Shown here: one piece after another, positions 53,669-64,000 of the stretch
How positions within the stretch are numbered: the stretch's first letter is position 1
Layout: the number at the start of each line of letters is the position of its first letter
Source of the DNA: Epiperipatus broadwayi
Lineage: Eukaryota; Animalia; Onychophora
Assembly (NCBI GenBank): GCA_028023455.1
Contig: JAQFVV010000003.1
Coordinates: 16,368,001-16,432,000, forward strand
DNA: 64,000 nt
Direction: 5' to 3'
Translations under genes and position numbers: made by a program
Notes under the pieces: generated by a model
Told to the model about the DNA's origin: nothing
Seen by the model: the letters and a program-made list of their open reading frames with translations, nothing else
Database searches by the model: none

Positions 53669-56306
53669 TAGCAGTAGCTAAAAAAAATCCAGGTTGAAAT
53701 AATGCACAAGTTTTAAAAATACCTTGTTCTCCAGTCCTACATGGACTCTTGGAAAACTGCAAGGCTATTACAGAAGGTCTATAAATCTTCAATAAATATT
53801 GTGAACTATTATGATTAGAATAGAAAAAAGAAAAGAATGATAGAAAAAAAGAAATCCTATTTTTTTTTTTTTTTGCCTTTGTGTAAAATTTGTCTTTCTA
53901 ATTTACCAGCTCTATTAAAACAAACAAAAGTTAATCTTATTTATAAAACTGTGTGATAGTAAAAATATACTCCTTTTTTTTCAACTCTGAAGACTTTTAA
54001 TGAAAAGCTTTAAATATGTATTTTATGCACTTAGGGTTTTAAATCTTGAGTTATTTCTTGGTTCCCCTTTTTACTTAGCACTCCTGAAATATATCTCATA
54101 AAGTTAAGATAGACCTAAACATATGTCAAAATTAAAAAAAAAAAAAAACTAATTTCATATTACTAAACATTTTTAAAGGAGATTCATATAAAAATAATAA
54201 TAATAATAAAAAGACCTCAATATAAAAATGGCAAAAAATATTTATTGTCTTAGTAGCAAAATTTACATAAAGATATTTATCTAGATGAATCATGGAAACT
54301 AATGATTACAAAAAAATCTCAGCCAGAAATTACATAAAGGATACTCATAGCAAGTTAGACCTTTATATTTAGTATTATGTAATTTGAATACACAAAAATT
54401 CTACCTGCAATTATAATGTCCCACCAAATATAGTTACACCAGTCACAAAAAAATTACATAAAAATGGTTACTGAACCCAAATTCCACATGGTACTCAAAT
54501 CTAGATAAGACACCCCCCGGCCTCCATATACTTTCTTATGTTTTTAATTAATGTCAAAGAACATAGTATATGAAAATCGCCAGCTGTTCTGGCAATATGG
54601 CAATGATAATATTTATTACGATAAACTGTGAAACAATCTACTTGTTAAATTCTAATAAATGTATTTGAAATCCATGTAAAGAGCAAGTAAAGTTTATGAA
54701 CAGAATCTAATTTAGGCTATAGTTATACCTACCAAGTAAAATTATGAAAATCTTTGAAAATGGATAAAGAATTTGTTTAAATATTATAATGCAAATAGGA
54801 CAGAAAAATATACAGAAGTTTATATAAGACTAAATGGAAAACAGATCTACAAATAAAGATTATGTTTGGCTTTTGCTGAAATGCTAAGAAATCACCTTGC
54901 TGCAACTGACTTGTTGAACATTTCCATCATACATAATTATCTACCCGCTCAAAGTAATTTCAGTGACCATCTGAAAGTTCATAAAATTATATTCTTTTTG
55001 AAAATCAATTTTTAAAGCTAACTTACCAGAGGTTGAAAGCTCAAGCATGCTGCAGGATTTCCTTAATGTCTAAGATAGCACACGATGAATTTTGAAGACA
55101 TTTTATGATAATGTTGATTTATAAATAAAGAAATGATGTCTTATTCAAAACCCTTTGAGATATAATGTCAGAAAATGATGAAAAGTTTAGAGAATATAAT
55201 AACAATGAAACATTAGCTATTTCAGATGCCTACAACTCTTTAAACAAAGGTGATATGAAATATATTAAGCTGGTATTTTCTGCCATCTCATATATGTATA
55301 CGCATATATATATAATTTATTAAAAGTGCATATATATTAGATTAAAATAACAAATTATTTTTTTAAATATTATTTTAAAAGTTTATTTTAGTTATCTTGA
55401 AGGAATCAGCATTCCTTCACTTTAATTATTTATTTAAAATTGAATCTTGAGATAAAAAAAAAAATAGATCATGAGATTGTTGTCTACTAAAAGTTTTGTT
55501 TTAAATTATAATTCTTAGAAAGGGACAGTTTGGGGGGAAAAAAAGTATAGATTTTTTTTTTGTAATTAGCTTTATTGTTGAAGCTTCAGATATCAAAAGC
55601 ATTTTGTTACCTATTACGCTAATTAAACCAGAACTTTCCACTAATTGAAAAAAAGTGAATGACCAAAAAAGGACATAAATAAAAGTGCTAAAATATAGCT
55701 AAAAATAAATTAAAGATGTGAATCCGGTTCTTGAAACAATTCAAAGCGTATAAATTACAGAGTTTCCTTTTGTTTGACTTACTTGGCATTTGACTTTGTA
55801 TTTTGATTTGATTTGGCTTAAACTCTTATCAGTATAAATCTTAGGCATCGTGAGGAGAAATTAAAAATAATATTAAACAGTGCAGAGAAAATGCTGACCA
55901 GCTAAGGGACATCAAGACTTCCCCCTAGAGGAATTATGTCTTCTATCACCATCTGAAACTACATGTGTGAACGCCAACCAAGGGAAACAAGAATATGCAG
56001 AGCTAGCTGAGGAAACCAATTCAAACCAATAGAACTATGGAGGATTCATGCCAGAAATCGCAAGAAAATTCATACAAGAACTTTAACCAGCTGGATAAAG
56101 ATACACCATTGATCGATCAGGTTAATTATGAAATTTTCTTAAAGAACTTTTCTTTAAATGTTGGCATAATAGATCTAGACTCCATTACCTGTTGAAATGT
56201 TTCAACAAGAATATGGGACTATTAATGGGAATTTGTATTTATTTTAACTTAATTGAAATGGGGGGGGGGGGTATGGTGATAGATGTTTTAAAATGTAATT
56301 ATTATT

Positions 56307-56685
56307 TGTGTATATTTTCAGGCATTTTTTTTTGTTATATTAAAATGAAAGTATATGAGATTAGTTCCCTCAAAATGTTTTGCTCGATATTAAAAGACAA
56401 ATGGGGCTAGGGGGGTTTAGTTCCGTTAAATGTTCTGATAATAAGCAAGACAGGAACATTGTGTTGCAACCTGGTCTATATATAAGGGATGCCCTGATGG
56501 CTCCAAGCAAACAATGGACACTTACGCCATCACTTAAGGTTAGAACTTAATTATATAAAGTAGCGGATTGAGGGTTTAAATTAGTGCTTAATAAAAGCCC
56601 ATTATTAACTGTGGGTTGCCTAAAGCACACCTATTTAGACAGCTCTCCAGAATAACCCTGGATCGTGTCGTTCAGCTGTAAAACA
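56307..56685 (+). mobile_element. Candidate solo LTR
   Basis: TGT...ACA bounded by TTATT on both sides (56302-56306, 56686-56690), with TATATATAA at 56477 and AATAAA at 56590 in the expected order. A chance match is possible in AT-rich DNA. Confidence 0.4.
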
Positions 56686-59203
56686 TTATTAATGAGTAGA
56701 ATTTAAAAAGGCAAAGAATTGGAATTAAAATTTAAGTTTGTATTTGTCTTTTATCAGAAGATTTGAGTCAACCTTGAATGTCTCAACAAAGAAAATCTGA
56801 AAAGTATTAAATTGAGAATTAATATAATAAAAGTTTATAATCATACTCAAGTATTCATTTTAATTTAGTTATTAGTTTATTAATTTAATGTCCCTGATGG
56901 TTCAAGTAAAGTCCATGGAAGATTATATCTTAAAATATATTTGGTGATTACTGTACGTAAATAGATAATCACCATGATTGCTGAACATTCTTCACAATCT
57001 GGTTCTAGGCTATAATCCTAGTGGTGCCACCGTCCGGCCACCATATTTTAGTAATCTTTGTAAGATTGCGAATTGTGTCAAAATGTAGTGGCACAATATT
57101 TATTGAGAAAACGTTCAATATATACAAAAACAACAAAAAAGTGTAGGAAAAAGATGCCTTGATTTGAAAAAATACTGCAATTAAAAAAAAAGATATATAT
57201 ATATATATCTGTAAAGTTAAAGACAGAGTAATATGAATCATATTATTCACCCCTTGCAACTCTGTAATTATAACAACAGCTGATTAACAAGAAAATTTGA
57301 TAGTTACAGAGATTAAACCAATGGTGTTGATGAAGAAAACTGTGGTTACAGATCTCATTTTTTCAGAATGCTTTTCCAGTATTAGAAATGAAAAAGTGTA
57401 TGTCATCATCATTTAGTGATTATCGATTCATATACAGAATGATAATATTACTTTGTTACAGTATTTCCAATCCTTAGGCTTCTATTTCCACATCTTTACT
57501 ATAAACTTATCCAATCATTCATTTTACATAAGGTCATTTTACAGATCTTTTGGAAAAAAAATATATTTTTTTTTTCCTTATAAGTAAAAACATTTAATAA
57601 ACTAAATAAAAACATTGTTACAATATATATAAAAATTTACATAAAGATTCTTAGATAATAAAAAATTATTTAAAAACCAATTATATATCACATATTGAAA
57701 CAGTGAGATTCGTATTCGAATCTCAAGTTTCACCTTTTTCTGTCGTCTCTCACTGACCGGTCTATCCCACCCAAATTTAAACTTTTTGGTATCGAATTGT
57801 GTGTGTAACAATATTAAAAATGTATAAATATATGTAGAATTCAGCATAAACACGCACACATTTCGATCTCAAATTAAACGCAATAAATACGGATAAAATA
57901 ATATAATTTAGATTTCTTGTAGTTAAATAAATTTTGTGTAATATTAATCAGTTATTTTGAATTTTATAAAGTTCGTATTTGTTGCTTAGTTTGAATTTCG
58001 TTAAATAATAATTCTAACAAAATCTGATGCAATAATTAATTAAAGTTAAAATAATTTTATTCCCTTTTGTCTTTGAAAATTTAAAAGCATCGGTCAGTGA
58101 TAGATAATATATTAATTATAGCAAAATTCCAAAAGAATGTAATTAACGAATGTAAAGAAAAACAAACAATAGCACAGCAAATTTCTTTCTAATTAAAACC
58201 AGCAGAGCATTGATTATCCTGAGGGCAAAATAAATAAAACCTAAAAATATCTCAACAGAAAATTTAAAAGATCAAGATAAGAAAAAGGAGGCCATCTTAG
58301 ACTTGCTGGAGACTTGCACTTGAATTTTAGCTTTGCTCTCGAGTGGAGCGTCTAAAATATCTTAAATAAATTAATACTGCAAGGTATGACCGAGTAAGCA
58401 CCGAAATTATTCTCCACCGGGAGATGGCCCACTATATGCCGAGCTTCACCTTGCCCATCGTAAAAACACCAAAATGATCTGCTGCCTGAAATAAACAAGA
58501 AAGCCGCTGCTGTTAAAAAAAATCAATAAAACAACATGCCCAGGACAAGAAAGAAAACTTCTAATTACGAACAATCTGCTATTAAACCAATGGACGAAAA
58601 CATCTTATAAAACAGGTACCTGTGTGTGTATTCCAAATTATAGAGTACTCTAGTAATAATAAGCTATAGCTCATCTCCTATTATTTGTATAACTTCTAAA
58701 TGTTAAAATTGTAATTTTGAGAAACTAAAATTTGAGAATTCATGTAATCTGTAAATTTCTCGCATAATCTAGCTTACCCTCCCTCTATCACTTCTTAGGT
58801 GTGTATTTCTTAAATCTACATTTCATTTATAATTATCATTGAAATATTACCTTCTCATAATTATCTTAGTTTTAAAGCTAAATCCATAATCACTTAAACA
58901 GTGAATGCGTGTCGAATTATCATTAATATTTGCTTTTATAAATAACTTAAATTTCATATAAATCGGCACGCATTCAAAGAATCAGTTATTGTAATGCAGG
59001 GTCTACTCCTCCGTAATAGCTGGCATACTCGCTGTAATAATTCCCTTTTTAGATATTTTTTTTTATTATTAAATGTTAATGAATAATTATGTAAATTTCA
59101 TTTCTTTGAGAGTCACCAATTTTCTTTCAGTCAACGGTGATAATGTTGGGCCGAGTTTGAAATCTAGTTAAATAATACCACAATCTTTTAGATATTATAC
59201 ATG

Positions 59204-60192
59204 TGTTACGTTTTGAAGCCCCGATGGCTCATTCCACGCCGTGAATACTCCGGATTCTCTAGGGTTGAATTAACCCCAGTCGTCCTACACAAGCGGACAT
59301 GATAATGTTCCCGTAGGGCTTGACGACCGTCACGCAGCCAGCTGGCAAATTGCGACACGGACCGCTTGTCCCTGGTTATGCTCATGTGACACCTTACCTC
59401 TTCGGGTCGCGGCAGAGACCAACCCGAAACCCTTATAACTTATTCACGGCATTGCAGTTTCAGTGCTGCCATTTTACATCGCCCTTCTAAAGCGTACCAC
59501 GTGTTCTTTTATTTAGTTTATTATTCTCTCTATCACTCCGCCTCGGCATTATCTTCGTCATATACTCTCAAATAAATGTTTGCCCTTTGTCGTAAAATAA
59601 ATATTTTATTAAATAAATGTATGTCCGCCGTTACTGATGACTCTTGCAGTGCAAAGTATAAATTCCTTACAGCACGCATTAGAAATACTCACTCGAGAAC
59701 CCTAGGTAGCTAGATTACGCCTTCATATAAATGAATGCTCCTTATCAATAAATGTATTTTTATATATATAATATTACCAATTAGCTGTTGAGACTGTGAA
59801 TTTAAAATATGATTAATAACATTAATAGTGTTTTCTTTTATTAAATACGTAAATAAATAATTCTAAATATACGTCTGTAGTTAAGTTTTCATTTATTCGA
59901 TGCCCATTATAGACATTTCCTCGATTATATATATTGATTAATATTCGTTTGATTGTTGGCCAACTCGGAAACAAAACCCATGAATCTCGTGCATCTCCCT
60001 GACCACCGTGCCTAAAGAAGTGTTTACTTATGTCGCATCAGAGGTGTTATTCCGTAGATTGTATTGTGGAACCGATAAACTATGTTCGAACTCAGTATTA
60101 ACGGTGGCTTCGCTACTCGATGGTGCTGCTGTTCTGTGTGGTGGTCGAATTCTGCAATATGTTAACGAGATACACGTGTTTTGACTGTTACA
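59204..60192 (+). repeat. Putative 5' LTR of the young gypsy element
   Basis: CpG-rich block beginning TGTTACG at 59204 upstream of gag, with a possible end at ..TGTTACA (60192). No second LTR in the window and no clear PBS, so boundaries are uncertain. Confidence 0.4.
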
Positions 60193-60754
60193 TAGTTAAA
60201 TTTTTTTTTTAGCGTTTGGCGCTTTCCAACTTGAGGCTTCGAGTATAAAACCCATAGATACCCTGAGCAAAAATAACGCAGATAAATTTCTTTAGCGTTC
60301 ATTGCCGAGTTGGCTAATTATTTTATATATATACGATTTTGTTTTGATAAAAATAATGAAAAAAAAAAAAATCGAGTGAAATAATGTGGGTCGAGTGAGT
60401 GAAAGAACGGCAGGCGTAATAACAAATTTAAGGAAAGCAGGGATGTGTGTGTAATTTAAGAAGGAACGATATACTCGGATCTAATGAAATATCTTTTATA
60501 TATATATGTCGAGAAAAATATATTTATATAGTAATAATAATAATCAGTAGCTAAATGAGACAGCAGAAGCGTATTATGTTTAACAATAAAAATTACTTAA
60601 GGTAAAAATATATATATCATAGACAGCAGTGGCTTATACGCGTTACTAATAGTCAGTTATAATATATATGTTAAGTATATTGGGCAGCAATGTAGAATAG
60701 AGATAGGGCCAAGATACCGGTGGGGGATAGTTAAATGCTACTAGTGAAAAATAA

Positions 60755-61828
60755 ATGGATAAGAAAATGGAGGAAATAATCAGACAGAGTATGCAAGAAA
60801 TGATAGCAAAAGAAGATAGAATAACCCAAGTCAATAAAGAGGGGGAAAATATAAGGACAAAGGAGGTTAGACCTCAAAGCTATTTAGGAAAGATTATTCA
60901 GATAAAAATCTTTAGAGGAGGGACAGGAGAAAATCCTCAAGCCCACTTAGAGAGCTTACAAAGTTTCTTTCAAGTGCATAAGGCAGAAGCAGGCGAACAA
61001 ATAGCTATTGCCAGTTACCATTTACAGGGCTATGCCAAAGACTGGTGGGATCTGGTGAAATGGAAACCTAAAACTATAGAGAAGTACACAGATGCATTAA
61101 TGAAACAATATTGGAGCGACAAGCATCAAATTGATATATACAACACGCTCTGTCATGAAAAATATGGAGCAGTACCCCGAGAAACGCATGCTCAGTTTTT
61201 CCTCCGCCAAGCAAACCGATTTAAATCTCTCACGACATTCGCATTGGCAGATAGACAGATCATTGAAACAATTCAACAAAATATGCCAGTAACTACTCAA
61301 AAGCTGATGATCATAAGTGGTATCAAAGACATGGAAGAGATGGAAGAATTTCTTGCGGTTTTAGACGACAGCCATTGGTCTGAAAGTCTAGTAGGTCACG
61401 AATGGAAGCAGGAGACCAGACAACAGCAATCAGCGACTACTAGCAATCATAATGAGAAAGACAGAAACCAAATGGCAACTCGATCAAGCAGGACGTCAGT
61501 AAAAGATTACCAGTACCAGCATTCATCTTGCCAGCAGCTGAAAGTAGTGGAGATGACTAACCTAACGTCGGTCATCCAGGAAGAGGATCCCACTTGGGGA
61601 CTTCAGATTGGTCCTTGTCCAATGATTAATACAAGAATCGGGGCCTCAGTTGCACAAATTCTTCTTGACACAGGTAGCCAGATTTCCTGTGTTTCTAGAG
61701 AGTGGTTAACAAATTACGAAAAACATGGACTCATACCCAGGCTTCCCGCTTGCCCAATCCAAATGAAGCGGCTGATGGGAGGACGACCAGAACTGAAAAC
61801 TATCAAGTCTGGTTGGAAATATCAATAG
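60755..61828 (+). CDS. Gypsy Gag + aspartic protease N-part (frameshift at ~61766 continues into pol)
   Basis: Capsid-like FRGGTGENPQAHL...HLQGYAKDWW and protease ILLDTGSQISCVS in the same frame. Confidence 0.9.
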   Translation: MDKKMEEIIRQSMQEMIAKEDRITQVNKEGENIRTKEVRPQSYLGKIIQIKIFRGGTGENPQAHLESLQSFFQVHKAEAGEQIAIASYHLQGYAKDWWDLVKWKPKTIEKYTDALMKQYWSDKHQIDIYNTLCHEKYGAVPRETHAQFFLRQANRFKSLTTFALADRQIIETIQQNMPVTTQKLMIISGIKDMEEMEEFLAVLDDSHWSESLVGHEWKQETRQQQSATTSNHNEKDRNQMATRSSRTSVKDYQYQHSSCQQLKVVEMTNLTSVIQEEDPTWGLQIGPCPMINTRIGASVAQILLDTGSQISCVSREWLTNYEKHGLIPRLPACPIQMKRLMGGRPELKTIKSGWKYQ

Positions 61829-64000
61829 GAGAAGCCACTGCAGGACATGCCTTCTTAGTGATCAGAGGACTAATTCAGGACGTGATCATTGGGTCCGATT
61901 TCTTAACCCAACATGAATGTATCCTGGACTATAAAAAAAAGATACTAACTTTCCAGCAAGAGCAGGTCAGTTTTGATACAAATAAACAAACTGAAGAAAT
62001 CCAATTAAGATGTCTGGAGGCCATTCCTGATGAGGATATCCAAGAAAAAATTATGGGATCATCATTGGACAAGGTAAAGGACCAATTCCAGTTACAAAAA
62101 TTACTTACGGAAAATCGTACCATATTTTCTCAGGTCCCAGGTGAAATTAGTGATTACGTCCATCGGATACGAGTAAAAGAAGAGACGCATTTCCAGACCC
62201 GCACATACTCTATCCCATTTCAGTATCAAGAAGAAGTGAATGCTCAAATTAAGCAGATGATTGACTGGGGTGTAATTGAAAAGGGGTCATCACCCTATAA
62301 TAATCCGTTAGTCGTAGTCAAAAAGAAAGATGGAACCATACGATTGTGTCTCGATGCTAGGACATTAAACAACATTACTATACCTGAGCGGGACATCCCA
62401 CCACCCATCCAAGAAACATTCATCAAGTTGACTGCTAAGAATATTTTCTCCACCCTTGACCTAACTGCCAGTTACTGGCAAATGGCTCTCCACCCCCAGG
62501 ATCGAAAATATACCGCGTTCAGATACAATGGGCAAACCCACATGTTTAAGAGAGTACCGTTTGGGTTGATAAATAGCGGGGCTGGCCTCATGAGGTGTTT
62601 GGACCAAGTATTGTCAGAAAGTTTAAAAAAAAATTGGTATGTTATGTAGACGATGTAGTCGTTGCGTCTAGAGACATTGCAGAACATCTGGAGGATTTAA
62701 AACAATTTTTCGATGAATGCACCCAGAAAAATATAACTGTTAATTTAAAAAAAAGTTTTTTCGCATTGAGGGAAATTTCCTTTTAGGCCATATTGTAAAT
62801 GGTCAAGGAATTAGGGCTCACCCTGACAAGGTCGCAGCTATTGAAAATTTCCCTAGGCCCACGAACCAAAAACAAGTTCGATCATTTCTGGGCCTTTGCA
62901 ATTACTATCACAAGTTTTACCCCCATTTTGCCAAAGATACATCATCACTAGTGGAATTGATAAGACCTCACCACCGATGGGAATGGACGAAGACCCATGA
63001 AGAAGACTTCAGTCGAGTAAAGAGAAGATTTTTAGAGACTGTGATGTTACACTACCCAGATTTTACCCGTACCTTTTATTTGCAGACTGATAGTAGTCAA
63101 AAGGGATTGGGCGTGGTTTTATTTCAAGTCAACCCAGAAGGCCAACACCAAATACTATATTTTAGCAGCCGTACTCTGAAAGCAGCCGAAAAGAACTACA
63201 CCGTGACGGAACAAGAGACACTAGCAATCGTGTGGTCATGCAATAAGTTCAAGCAGATGTTGCTGGGTTCAGAAGTGATTATCATTACTGACCACCAGTG
63301 TCTCGAATTCCTAAATAAAAGTTACCTGAACAATGACCGCCTTATCAGATGGAGTCTTTCACTTCAAATATTTCATTATAAAGTCGTCTACTGCCCTGGG
63401 CCTGAAAATACAGTGGCCGATATATTAAGTCGACATCCTATAGAACTGGAGCCACACAACCCCATAATAAGTGATCAGTCATTGGTAATTGCAGCAACGG
63501 TACTGGACCAGGAGATGGAACACAAGTTTAGGAACCTTCAACATTGGCAGGAGCAGCAGCCACTATATAAGAAGCTTATCCAAATTGTACAACAGCAAGG
63601 AAATCCAATACAAGGCTGCTCAACACCTCGAGGAAAGAAGCTATACCGGATAAGAAATGGGTTGCTGCAGCAGCAGATTGTGGGAGATAAAATTTACTGG
63701 AAAATCTTGGTACCACCTGACCTCAGAAACCGTCTCATCATGTATATGCATGGTTTAGTAGGGCACTATGGCCCTAGAAAAACTGAAGAAGCTATAAGAC
63801 GACAATTTCACTGGCCAAAGCTATATGAAGATGTGATGGATACTCTCAAGAAATGTGCTATTTGTGCAAGAGATAAACCACCAAATAGAAACTTTAGTGG
63901 AGTAGGTGCCTCTATCATTCCGTCCGCACCAAATGAAATACTTGCGATCGATCACTATGGCCCATTGCCATCCTACCGTAGATTCCGGTACTTACTTGTA
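61767..64000 (+). CDS. Gypsy Pol (protease C-part, RT, RNase H, integrase zinc-binding domain and core start); frameshifts at ~62625-62633 and ~62781-62784; runs off window
   Basis: RT KKKDGTIRLCLDAR..STLDL..YWQM..PFGL, YVDD at ~62643-62654. An uninterrupted frame runs 62783-64000 with LQTDSS..NYTVTEQETLAIVW..TDH..NTVADILSR, H..VGHYG..W....D....CAIC, and LAIDHYGPLP. Confidence 0.93.

Noticed and set aside
55027-55069. 43-nt minus-strand segment with a good acceptor (TATCTTAG) and donor (GTAAGT), as a candidate missing copine exon
   Set aside because: The frame needed to join exon 46996 contains a TGA, and no frame resembles the expected TIKVExYDW motif. It could only be a non-coding or poison exon, for which there is no evidence.
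59634-59670. CTGATGA followed by a small hairpin as a second hammerhead
   Set aside because: No GAAA after the stem and no stem III or stem I.
62623-62633. T TTA AAA heptamer in correct register as a programmed -1 frameshift
   Set aside because: It lies within RT just before YVDD, where programmed shifting is not known for gypsy elements. A homopolymer deletion is more parsimonious given two similar lesions.

Overview
AT-rich eukaryotic (probably arthropod; inference) DNA with no prokaryotic features. The ORF track misses the main gene: a copine (C2-C2-vWA, CPNE family) on the minus strand. Ten phase-compatible GT-AG exons lie between 46996 and the stop at 10141-10143 (312 aa in window: end of C2B plus the whole vWA domain); I found no 5' exons, which probably lie beyond 64000. 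The introns and flanks are full of transposons: a decayed Ty3/gypsy (1-~3130); a near-intact relative of the same family (~59200-64000); a complete, old Mag-type LTR provirus with both LTRs and a TSD (48933-53668); a decayed RTE-clade LINE (~44260-46850); two oppositely oriented Tigger-like elements; a TIR element with 8-bp TSD resembling Merlin; and older LINE/SINE debris. The most unusual items are a Penelope-type minimal type I hammerhead ribozyme motif at ~9010-9076 with a palindromic stem III, and a ~940-bp nested inverted repeat (36948-37890) with competing folds inside the 12.6-kb copine intron. All calls were read by eye; no database searches were run.
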